Positions 17,888-25,624 of a DNA stretch of 35,414 nt are shown piece by piece. The position numbers were made by a program, and so were the translations under genes. The stretch covers positions 2,253,300 through 2,288,713 of the forward strand of contig CP070839.1 of the NCBI GenBank assembly GCA_020341875.1, given 5' to 3'. Origin of the DNA: Candidatus Zixiibacteriota bacterium. GTDB taxonomy: Bacteria; Zixibacteria; MSB-5A5; SM1-73. A model generated the notes under the pieces. The model ran no database searches, was not told the origin of the DNA, and saw only the letters and a list, made by a program, of their open reading frames with translations. The first letter of the stretch is position 1. Each line of letters opens with the position of its first letter.

Positions 17888-18027
17888 TGTTGTCGTCGGG
17901 AAGTCTTGGGAATCGAAGTGGTAGTCTCTTAAGTTGACGCTTGAGTGCGTTGGTCTGGCAGTCCTGAATCTGCATTCCGATCGGTTTGGGCTTTTGTTGT
18001 ATCGACGCTTGAAGAAGAGGAGGTGGA

Positions 18028-18156
18028 ATGATGAGGTACATAGTCAAACCCAAAGGGAATATCGTTGTACAGGGTTGTCGGTTTTTCCCGATTCTTCCTC
18101 CTGAGCCGCCACCGCCGCCGGAACCACCGCCGATACCCTGCCCGGCGTTGAACTGA
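18028..18156 (+). CDS. Candidate RiPP precursor peptide 2 (42 aa, below the ORF-track cutoff)
   Basis: MMRYIVKPKGNIVVQGCRFFPILPPEPPPPPEPPPIPCPALN. Same GGAGGTG-ATGATG arrangement. Shares MMRYIVKP and C(T)RFFPILPP with peptide 1. Confidence 0.6.
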   Translation: MMRYIVKPKGNIVVQGCRFFPILPPEPPPPPEPPPIPCPALN

Positions 18157-18220
18157 GCCGGGAAAGGAGTTTACTCACACAAGGCTGACGCACTCAAGCA
18201 TTGTAATAGGGATCAGGAAG

Positions 18221-19273
18221 ATGAACGGAAGGAAGGAAAGGCCGGACGTCATAGGCTGGGGCATAACCCGTAACTGCAATCTCTCCTGTCCGCACTGCTA
18301 CTCTGCTTCCACGCGGCGCCTCAAAGATGAGCTTACCACCCGGGAGTGTCTGAAACTTGTGGATTCGATGATTGACCTGGGAGTGCAGACCATAGGCTGG
18401 ACCGGGGGAGAGCCGCTTTTGAGGTATGATTTGGAGGAGATCGTATTCTACGCCAAGTCCAAAGGAAACATTCGCTCCGGCGTGACCACCAACGGAATTC
18501 CTCTGACGGAAAGAAGAGCACTCAGCCTCCGGCAGGCTGGAGTCAGCTTCATTCAGATCAGTCTGGACGGCTCAACTCCCGAGAGAAATGCCCAGATGCG
18601 CAACGCGACTAAGGAGGACTTCCATCGGATCATCGGGGCCCTCCGGACATGCCAAAAACTGGGATTCAAGATGAGCCTGGCCATGATGCTGGGTGTAGAA
18701 AACTTAGATGACGGTCCTGAGTTCATAAGGTTGGCCAGAAGGGAGGGCGTTCCTTACGTCCGATTCTGCGGATTCGTTCCTCTGGGGAGGGGAAGAAAGA
18801 CAGAGATAGTAAGAAGACTATGTTTTACCCAAGAGACCTTGCCCCGTCTGAAGTCCTTTTTTGAGAAAGCCCTCAGCAACAGCAATCCCATTGTCATGCC
18901 GGATCCGGGGTTTGGACCCTTACCCACGGATTACTGTTTTCACCCTTGCGTCTCCGGAGTCAAGACCTTCTACCTCTCGTCGGTCGGAGACGTCTATCCT
19001 TGTACCTCGCTTTTGGACAAGAAGTTCTTGGTAGGAAACGTCAGAGAACGAACCCTGCAGGATCTGTGGAATGATCCCGGGATGACCTCCCTCTCCTCTT
19101 TCCCCAAAGAGAAGATCACAGGTTACTGTAGTGAATGCCGATACCTCGAGAGCTGCCGGGGTGGGTGTAGGGGGATAACCTTCGCGCACACCAACGATCT
19201 TCATGCTTCTTTTCCTTTGTGTCTGAGTAGATTGGAAAGCAGGAGACCTTTTCCTGCCTACCCCGCGACGTAA
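18221..19273 (+). CDS. Second radical SAM/SPASM enzyme (compact, PqqE/NirJ/AhbD-like architecture, no N-terminal extension)
   Basis: CNLSCPHC at C19/C23/C26. GWTGGEPLL motif. C-terminal SPASM motifs CVSG...YPCTSL and CSECRYLESCRGGCRG. Confidence 0.88.
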   Translation: MNGRKERPDVIGWGITRNCNLSCPHCYSASTRRLKDELTTRECLKLVDSMIDLGVQTIGWTGGEPLLRYDLEEIVFYAKSKGNIRSGVTTNGIPLTERRALSLRQAGVSFIQISLDGSTPERNAQMRNATKEDFHRIIGALRTCQKLGFKMSLAMMLGVENLDDGPEFIRLARREGVPYVRFCGFVPLGRGRKTEIVRRLCFTQETLPRLKSFFEKALSNSNPIVMPDPGFGPLPTDYCFHPCVSGVKTFYLSSVGDVYPCTSLLDKKFLVGNVRERTLQDLWNDPGMTSLSSFPKEKITGYCSECRYLESCRGGCRGITFAHTNDLHASFPLCLSRLESRRPFPAYPAT

Positions 19274-19335
19274 AACCGACGCAAATCGGAGCTCGGCTGG
19301 TCAGCGTTGGTGGAGTGCTAAGCCCCGCCGAGGTG

Positions 19336-19460
19336 GAATCTGCGACTCTGGCTTGACTCAAAGCTTCTCCCGGAAAAGATGATCTAAGCCGCGTACGACG
19401 TAAGGCAAAGTTTGCTCGGTTCGCCTAAAGGCGAGCACTCCAATGCTTCAAAAGGCTAGG
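19336..19460 (+). repeat. Right copy of the imperfect direct repeat flanking the rSAM locus
   Basis: GAATCTGCGACTCTGGCTTGACTCAAAGCT matches the left copy at 26 of the first 30 positions. GGCGAGCACTC (19430-19440) follows at the same distance. Confidence 0.55.
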
Positions 19461-19537
19461 TCGGGAATCGGCTCACGCCGACCGGTCAATTTGAACGCGG
19501 ACGGGGGATACCATATGTTTCTCCCAGAAGATTTTTG

Positions 19538-19565
19538 TTGCAATTTGGGGAAAAATCAATAATAT
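19538..19565 (+). promoter_or_regulatory. Sigma70-like promoter upstream of the HD-domain gene
   Basis: TTGCAA (19538-19543), 16-nt spacer, TAATAT (19560-19565). Confidence 0.5.
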
Positions 19566-19618
19566 ACCTTTTTGCAGTGCTCCGCCTCAGGCGGGGGATC
19601 TTCGAAAAGAGGAGCAGT

Positions 19619-20158
19619 ATGAAGCCAAAAATCAAGCAGCTCTTCCCGGAGCTTGAACAGATAAAGGATGAGGAACTACGGGCCAAAGTGGCTTCCACCT
19701 GGCTGGAGGCCATAGAGAAGGGCGAGTGGGGAATCACGGAACTTGAAAAAGTTCCTTTTACCCTGTTGATACCGGACTGCAAGGTCAATCTGGTGGACCA
19801 TACCAGGGCAGTTACGCAGACCGCGCTCAGAGTTGCCGGCGCACTCTTGGAGTTCTACAAGGAGAAGATAAAGATCGATCTGGATCTCTTGATAGCCGGA
19901 GCGATTCTGCACGACGTGGGGAAGATATTGGAATATGCCAAACAGCGCGGCAAGGCGGTTAAGAGCAGGACCGGAAAACTGCTGAGGCATCCTTTCTCCG
20001 GCTCAGCCTTGGCATACAAGCATGGATTACCAGAAGAGGTGGTTCACATGATCGCCACTCATGCCCGGGAAGGGGATGGAGGATACCGCTCCGTCGAGGC
20101 GATGATCGTTCACTATGCAGATTTCATAAACTTCGAGAGTCTGGGCGGGAAGATGTAA
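19619..20158 (+). CDS. HD/HDIG-domain phosphohydrolase-like protein
   Basis: Start moved to ATG 19619 (AAGAGGAG SD). Motifs H...HDVGK and ATHAREGDG. Confidence 0.75.
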   Translation: MKPKIKQLFPELEQIKDEELRAKVASTWLEAIEKGEWGITELEKVPFTLLIPDCKVNLVDHTRAVTQTALRVAGALLEFYKEKIKIDLDLLIAGAILHDVGKILEYAKQRGKAVKSRTGKLLRHPFSGSALAYKHGLPEEVVHMIATHAREGDGGYRSVEAMIVHYADFINFESLGGKM

Positions 20159-20242
20159 CTGCAGGATCGATTCTGGCTCACGTTCGCAAACTCATTTCAT
20201 CTTACGCCATCTAAAAAAAACTATCTGGAAGGAGACTGACGA

Positions 20243-21544
20243 ATGCCCACCAATAAAAGACAGGTTAACCTCAGTTTGGACGAGATGCCCACCCGGTGGT
20301 ATAACATACTTCCTGATCTGCCGGAGCCGCTGCCACCACCGAAGGATCCGGAAACAGGTGAGTCAAGGATCAAGAATCTCCCCAACGTGCTTCTGGGAGA
20401 ATGCCTCAAACAGGAGTTTTCACAGGAGAGATGGATCGACATACCAGAGGAACTGCAGGAGATCTATCAGCAGGCCGGCAGGCCCAGACCCCTGTTCCGG
20501 GCAATCAACCTGGAAAAGAGGTTGGACACACCTGCGCGCCTCTACTACAAGTCCGAATTCTACAGCCCTACCGGAAGCCACAAGGTAAACACGGCGCTGG
20601 CCCAGGCATTCTATGCCAAGAAGGAAGGGTACGAGAGATTGACCACCGAGACCGGCGCGGGTCAGTGGGGAACCGCCCTGGCCTACGGAGCCGCCCTGGC
20701 GGGCGTGAAATGTACGGTCTACTGGGTGAGAGCAGTTCATGACTGGAAAAAAGACAGAAGGAACTTAATGGAGCTATTCGGCGCGGATGTGTACGCCTCT
20801 CCTGGTGATCAGACTGAATTTGGAAAGAGTTTGTACAGCAAGGACTCCAATCATCCCGGAAGCTTAGGCATAGCCATCTCGGAGGGGCTGGAAGACGCAG
20901 CCGGCGACCCCAAGGCCATCTACTGTCTCGGCTCGGTTCTCAATCATGTTTTGATGCACCAGACCATAATAGGCCTGGAGACCAAGGCGCAGTTTGAGAG
21001 GTTCGACGACTACCCAGACCTGGTCATCTCCTGCCTGGGGGGAGGAAGCAACTTCGGAGGCTTCGCCCTCCCCTTTGTGCACGACGTTCTGAAGGATGGC
21101 AAGAAGATCAAATTCATCGCGGCGCAGAGCGAGAGCTCTCCCAATCTTCAGGGAGAATACAGGTACGACCATGCCGATTACGCCGAGATGACGCCCCTCC
21201 TTAAGATGTACACCCTGGGACACAGGGTCGACATGGTTCCGATAAAGGGCGACGGCCTCAGATACCACGGTTGCTCACCTATCATAAGCCTGCTCAGGGA
21301 TAAGGGATATATCGACACCATCGCCTATCCCGCGGACGAAAGGCACGTGTTCCAGCAAGCCACCCGTTTTATCCGGGCGGAGGGATTCCTGCCCGCTCCG
21401 GAGTCTGCTTACAGCGTAGCCTGCGCCATCGACGAGGCGCTTAAATGCAAGGAGAGCGGAGAGAAGAAGGTGATCGCCTTTAACGTAAGCGGGCACGGCT
21501 TTCTGGACATTCCCGGATTCCGCGAGGTGTTGAATCTCAAGTGA
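20243..21544 (+). CDS. TrpB-like PLP-dependent enzyme (tryptophan synthase beta-related, TIGR01415-type)
   Basis: PTGSHKVNTALAQAF (PLP-lysine block), GAGQWG and GGGSNFGG. The 433-aa length is typical of the TrpB-related clade. GGAAGGAG SD. Confidence 0.8.
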   Translation: MPTNKRQVNLSLDEMPTRWYNILPDLPEPLPPPKDPETGESRIKNLPNVLLGECLKQEFSQERWIDIPEELQEIYQQAGRPRPLFRAINLEKRLDTPARLYYKSEFYSPTGSHKVNTALAQAFYAKKEGYERLTTETGAGQWGTALAYGAALAGVKCTVYWVRAVHDWKKDRRNLMELFGADVYASPGDQTEFGKSLYSKDSNHPGSLGIAISEGLEDAAGDPKAIYCLGSVLNHVLMHQTIIGLETKAQFERFDDYPDLVISCLGGGSNFGGFALPFVHDVLKDGKKIKFIAAQSESSPNLQGEYRYDHADYAEMTPLLKMYTLGHRVDMVPIKGDGLRYHGCSPIISLLRDKGYIDTIAYPADERHVFQQATRFIRAEGFLPAPESAYSVACAIDEALKCKESGEKKVIAFNVSGHGFLDIPGFREVLNLK

Positions 21545-21553
21545 GGTGCCAGG

Positions 21554-22339
21554 ATGAACTTAGACGACGTGGTAATCACCAGGGCCATAGTTGAGAGCTT
21601 CTCCAAGAAGTTTCTTGAATACTCTGAGTTAGACGTGGCCATCGCGGGCGCCGGCCCGGCCGGACTCTGCGCGGCATACTGCCTGGCCAGACAAAAGGTC
21701 AAGGTGGCGGTGTTCGAGAGAAAACTAAGTATTGGCGGTGGGATGTGGGGCGGGGGGATGATGTTCAACGAACTGGTGGTGGGACAAGAGGGGAAGGGGA
21801 TTCTGGACGAGATCGAGGTTTCTTACCGAACCTACCAGGAAGGATATTACACGGCCGACGCCGTGGAATGCATATCAACCTTATGCTCGAAGGCAACCAA
21901 GGCAGGCGTGAAGGTATTCAACTTAATCAGCGTGGAGGACGTGATGCTGGAGGGTGAGAAGGTCTGTGGACTGGTGCTGAACTGGTCTGCAGTGGAGATG
22001 GCCAGCCTGCACGTCGATCCGCTGACCATAAGAGCAAAATACTTGGTGGAGGCAACCGGGCACCCGGCCGAGCTGATCAAGATAATCGTGAAGAAGATCG
22101 GACCCAAACTTCTCACTCCCACCGGAGATATAGTGGGTGAAAAGCCTATGTGGGCGGATATGGGTGAAAAAGAGGTGGTGGAGAACACCAAGGAAGCCTT
22201 TCCCAACGTTTACGTGACGGGCATGGCGGCTAACGCGGTCTTTGGGGCGCATCGCATGGGACCCATCTTCGGTGGAATGCTCCTCTCCGGGAAGAGAGCT
22301 GCGAGTGAGATTCTCAAGAAATTGAAAACTCAAGAATGA
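21554..22339 (+). CDS. thi4: Thiazole synthase Thi4 family (probably the sulfide-dependent, non-suicide type)
   Basis: DVAIAGAGPAGL dinucleotide fold, GGGMWGGGMMFN and GMA...G.HRMGPIFGGMLLSGKRAA. An ATGH block lies where, as I recall, yeast Thi4 has its sacrificial Cys. Starts 9 nt after the TrpB-like stop. Confidence 0.8.
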   Translation: MNLDDVVITRAIVESFSKKFLEYSELDVAIAGAGPAGLCAAYCLARQKVKVAVFERKLSIGGGMWGGGMMFNELVVGQEGKGILDEIEVSYRTYQEGYYTADAVECISTLCSKATKAGVKVFNLISVEDVMLEGEKVCGLVLNWSAVEMASLHVDPLTIRAKYLVEATGHPAELIKIIVKKIGPKLLTPTGDIVGEKPMWADMGEKEVVENTKEAFPNVYVTGMAANAVFGAHRMGPIFGGMLLSGKRAASEILKKLKTQE

Positions 22340-22406
22340 AAATCCGAAATTGCGGCTGAAAGTTCAGAAATATCTCTGTACTCATATTCCTGTATGGGGG
22401 ATAAAC

Positions 22407-23684
22407 ATGCGGCGAATTTTACCTTTTGTGCTGTTGGTCTTCGTGGCTTTCGCCTTCCTGGCCAAGGCGATTCCAGCGCAGGATGAGACCGAGCAGGCGC
22501 TGCAGCTTGCGGCTCCGACTGACAGCTCCGAAGAGTCAGCAGCTCAAGCGACTCAGGTACAGCAGGACAAAGAAGAACGTTTGCAGCAGGCCATCGCGTA
22601 CCAGAGAGCGAAGAACACGCTCTACTTCGTGGATCAAGGTTACGGCATTCTGTTTTTGGTTTTGTTTCTGTTTCTGGGAATCTCCGCTTTCCTGCGAAGG
22701 CAGATCGAGAGGATAACCAGAAAACGATTCTGGGTTGTGGCGTTCTACACTCTTTTTTTCCTTATCATCGCTTTCATCGTCGGATTTCCCACCAGCTACT
22801 ACGGTTTTTCTCTGGAACACAAATATGAGCTATCCAACCAGACATTCCTGCAGTGGTTCGGGGAAGAACTACTGGGCCTATTGGTTATTGGCATCATCGC
22901 TCTGATTGCGGTCGAGGGGATATATCTGGCTTTGAAGAAGGCACCCAGGACCTGGTGGATTTATGTGTCGGTGGTCTTCGTAGGTTTCGCCGTCGTGCTG
23001 GTGAACTTGGCTCCCGTTTTGATAATGCCGCTTTTTAACGTGTATACCCCTCTGCCCGAAGGAGAGCTCAGGGAAAGGCTTGTCAGTTTGTCTCATAAGG
23101 CGAACGTGGAGGTGGAGGACATCTTCACCATGGACATGAGCAAGCAGACCAAGAAGGCAAACGCGATGTTCACCGGGCTGGGCAACACCAAAAGGATCGT
23201 CCTTGGTGACAACTTGGTGGATGAGTTTAGCACAGATGAGGTAGAGGTGGTGATAGCGCATGAGATGGGGCACAATCTCATGCATCACATCTGGAAAGGG
23301 ATATTTCTCTCGGCTATTGGTTCGGCCATAGGATTTTTGATAATTCACCTGACCGGCCCCAGAATCATCATCAGATTCAGGAACAGGCTGAAGATTGATA
23401 AGATGGCGGACGTGGCCAGTCTCCCATTGATATTCCTGATATTCGTGATCTACGGTCTGATTACCATGCCCGTGTTTCCCGCCTTCTCCCGGCACATGGA
23501 AAGGCAGGCGGACAAGTTCGCACTGGATATGACTCAGAACAAGGAGGCCTTTATCTCCGCCATGGATGAGTTGGCGTATATGAACTTGTCTGATCCAAAT
23601 CCCAGCCCCATAATTGAGTTCTTGCTCTATGACCATCCACCCATATCAAAAAGGATAAAATTCGCACAGGAGTACCAATTCTAG
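22407..23684 (+). CDS. M48 family (Ste24/HtpX-like) integral-membrane zinc metallopeptidase
   Basis: Start moved to ATG 22407 (signal/TM segment MRRILPFVLLVFVAFAFLA). Multiple TM segments. HEMGH zinc motif with downstream ERQADKFA. Confidence 0.85.
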   Translation: MRRILPFVLLVFVAFAFLAKAIPAQDETEQALQLAAPTDSSEESAAQATQVQQDKEERLQQAIAYQRAKNTLYFVDQGYGILFLVLFLFLGISAFLRRQIERITRKRFWVVAFYTLFFLIIAFIVGFPTSYYGFSLEHKYELSNQTFLQWFGEELLGLLVIGIIALIAVEGIYLALKKAPRTWWIYVSVVFVGFAVVLVNLAPVLIMPLFNVYTPLPEGELRERLVSLSHKANVEVEDIFTMDMSKQTKKANAMFTGLGNTKRIVLGDNLVDEFSTDEVEVVIAHEMGHNLMHHIWKGIFLSAIGSAIGFLIIHLTGPRIIIRFRNRLKIDKMADVASLPLIFLIFVIYGLITMPVFPAFSRHMERQADKFALDMTQNKEAFISAMDELAYMNLSDPNPSPIIEFLLYDHPPISKRIKFAQEYQF

Positions 23685-23686
23685 AT

Positions 23687-23737
23687 GTAGCGGAGACCTT
23701 TAGGTCTCCATTATGGAAGGCTAAAGCCTTCCGCTAC
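23687..23737 (+). repeat. REP-like structured repeat, left copy
   Basis: In GTAGCGGAGACCTTTAGGTCTCCATTATGGAAGGCTAAAGCCTTCCGCTAC, the outer GTAGC/GCTAC arms close two hairpins, GGAGACC/GGTCTCC and GGAAGGCT/AGCCTTCC. Confidence 0.8.
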
Positions 23738-23758
23738 GCCTTGTCCCCGGTCAACGCC

Positions 23759-24232
23759 ATGAGTTTCCAACGCAAAGTCAACAGGCTGTCACGGGAATTA
23801 TATCGTGATGCGAGATTGTATTTTCTCACCCTTTGTTGCCTTGACGGCCGACAGGTTTTCACAGATGCGCCGATTGTCGAATCTTTGTTACAGACGCTGA
23901 AGTTGTGCTGTCAGAATCATGGCTTCAAGAATTACGTGTACTGCTTCATGCCGGATCATCTCCATCTACTGGTGCAGGGCGAGGAGAAATCAGATCCGCT
24001 GAAGATGGTTAAGGAATTCAAGCAACTCACCGGATATTACTTCAAGAAAAACACTGGGGGACGTCTGTGGCAAAAGAGCTACCACGACCACATCCTTCGT
24101 AAGGAAGAAGATGCCGAAAGTGTTGTGAGATACATATTGGAAAACCCTGTGAGAAAGGCGCTCGTCGACCAGACGGAGGACTATCCGTTCTCTGGATCGT
24201 TGGAATTTGGAAAGGAGATATTCAAGATGTAG
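23759..24232 (+). CDS. REP-associated tyrosine transposase (RAYT) / IS200-like Y1 HUH protein
   Basis: HUH motif PDHLHLLV and the Tyr region QKSYHDHILR...YILENPVRKALV. ATG 23759 preferred over the track start TTG 23741. The stop codon lies inside the right REP. Confidence 0.8.
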   Translation: MSFQRKVNRLSRELYRDARLYFLTLCCLDGRQVFTDAPIVESLLQTLKLCCQNHGFKNYVYCFMPDHLHLLVQGEEKSDPLKMVKEFKQLTGYYFKKNTGGRLWQKSYHDHILRKEEDAESVVRYILENPVRKALVDQTEDYPFSGSLEFGKEIFKM

Positions 24233-24279
24233 CGGAAACCTTTAGGTTTCCAGCATGCAAGGCTGAAGCCTTCCGCTAC
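24229..24279 (+). repeat. REP-like structured repeat, right copy
   Basis: GTAGCGGAAACCTTTAGGTTTCCAGCATGCAAGGCTGAAGCCTTCCGCTAC has the same architecture as the left copy. The GGAAACC/GGTTTCC hairpin keeps pairing through a compensatory change. Confidence 0.8.
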
Positions 24280-24319
24280 ACCTTCAATCATAGATGAGAT
24301 CCGAGTGGAGAGGAGAGGA

Positions 24320-25582
24320 ATGAAAGGAAAGACAACAATCGAGAGAATTCTATCAAGGGCATCAGGCAAAGATGTCTCGGCGAATGACCGGGTTTGGGCC
24401 GATGTGGATCTGGCGGTGATCAGGGACTTCGGTGGACCGAACGCAGTTCTGGAGTTTGACAAGTTCACCAACAAGGGCAAGGTGAAAGACCCGGACAAGA
24501 TCGCTCTCACCTTCGATTATCAGGCCCCGGCAAAAGACATGAAGGTGGCACAAAACCAGGTTCTCTGTAGAGAGTTCGCCAAAAGACAGAAGATAAAGAA
24601 CTTGTTCGATGTCAACTGGGGAATAGGACAGCACGTGCTTCTGGAACGAGGGATGATCAAACCCGGATCCGTGGTGATCGGAACGGACAGCCACATGAAT
24701 CTCCTGGGCTCTGTAGGATCGTTTGCCTCAGGTGTCGGAAACACCGATATCGTGGCTGCCTGGCACTCCGGGAAACTCTGGTTCAGGGTCCCCGAGACCA
24801 TCAAGGTGATCTTCAAGGGGAAGTACAAGGAGCCGGTATCAGCCAAGGATCTGACACTCAAGTTCGTCAAAGAGATCGGGACCGACAAAGCGAACTTCAA
24901 ATCCTTGGAGCTTGCCGGGGAACCCATTGACAATCTTTCTTTGGCCGGACGACTCACACTGGCAAGCATGCTGACCGAGATTAATGCCAAGATTGGCTTT
25001 ATTGAACCGAACGGCGAGCCGTTGGAGTTCCTGAGGCAAAGATGCGGCGACGAGCTGGAGATCGTCACCTCGGACGGGAATGCCACGTTTGCGGATGAGG
25101 TGAAGATCAACGTGGACAAGTTGATTCCCCAGATAGCCTGTCCCCACACGCCGGATAATGTCAAGCCGGTGGAAGAGGTTGAAGGAACCCCCTTCAACGA
25201 AGGCTTTATCGGGTCCTGCACTAATGGAAGGCTAGAGGATTTCAAGGCTGCTGCAAAGATTCTGAAAAAAGCAGGCAAGATTCATCCCGACGTAAGATTG
25301 ATGATCGTTCCGGCCACCAGAGAGGTAGCCATGGCCATGCTCGAGGCGGGACTCTATCAGGTCTTCATGAGCGTGGGGGGCATGGTGGCCAACCCGGGAT
25401 GCAGCCTGTGTACCGCAGGACATCACGGCGTCTTGGGGAAAGGCGATGTGCTTCTGTCCACCTCCAACAGGAACTTCCTCGGCAAGCTCGGAAAGGGCGG
25501 CCAAGTCTACCTATGTAGCCCGGCTACGGTGGCAGCGTCGGCGGTGGAAGGAAAGATCACTGATCCACGGAAATATTGGTGA
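24320..25582 (+). CDS. leuC: Aconitase-family dehydratase large subunit (3-isopropylmalate / homoaconitate dehydratase, archaeal-type LeuC/HacA)
   Basis: Start moved to ATG 24320 (GAGAGGAGAGGA SD). GTDSH, GSCTNGRLEDF, CSLC and NRNFLGKLG blocks. Confidence 0.8.
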   Translation: MKGKTTIERILSRASGKDVSANDRVWADVDLAVIRDFGGPNAVLEFDKFTNKGKVKDPDKIALTFDYQAPAKDMKVAQNQVLCREFAKRQKIKNLFDVNWGIGQHVLLERGMIKPGSVVIGTDSHMNLLGSVGSFASGVGNTDIVAAWHSGKLWFRVPETIKVIFKGKYKEPVSAKDLTLKFVKEIGTDKANFKSLELAGEPIDNLSLAGRLTLASMLTEINAKIGFIEPNGEPLEFLRQRCGDELEIVTSDGNATFADEVKINVDKLIPQIACPHTPDNVKPVEEVEGTPFNEGFIGSCTNGRLEDFKAAAKILKKAGKIHPDVRLMIVPATREVAMAMLEAGLYQVFMSVGGMVANPGCSLCTAGHHGVLGKGDVLLSTSNRNFLGKLGKGGQVYLCSPATVAASAVEGKITDPRKYW

Positions 25583-25624
25583 TCCAAGGCCCAAAAGTTC
25601 AAAGGTTCAAGGGTTCAATCAGGC

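Larger units (their letters stand above)
23687..24279 (+). mobile_element. REP-flanked RAYT unit (two 51-nt REP-like palindromic repeats plus an IS200-like HUH gene)
   Basis: Repeats at 23687-23737 and 24229-24279 lie in direct orientation around the Y1-transposase-like gene. Confidence 0.7.

Noticed and set aside
17887-17937. A 16-codon ORF (MLSSGSLGNRSGSLLS) lies between the two precursor genes, and a 15-codon ORF (16412-16459) overlaps the rSAM1 start.
   Set aside because: Neither has an SD or any similarity to the two paralogous peptides, and their composition is unremarkable. They are likely chance ORFs.
17939-18199. A 12-bp inverted repeat, GCTTGAGTGCGT (17939-17950) / ACGCACTCAAGC (18188-18199), encloses precursor peptide gene 2.
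   Set aside because: A single 12-mer inverted match within a few hundred nt is roughly what chance predicts in a window this size. It is not mirrored around peptide 1.
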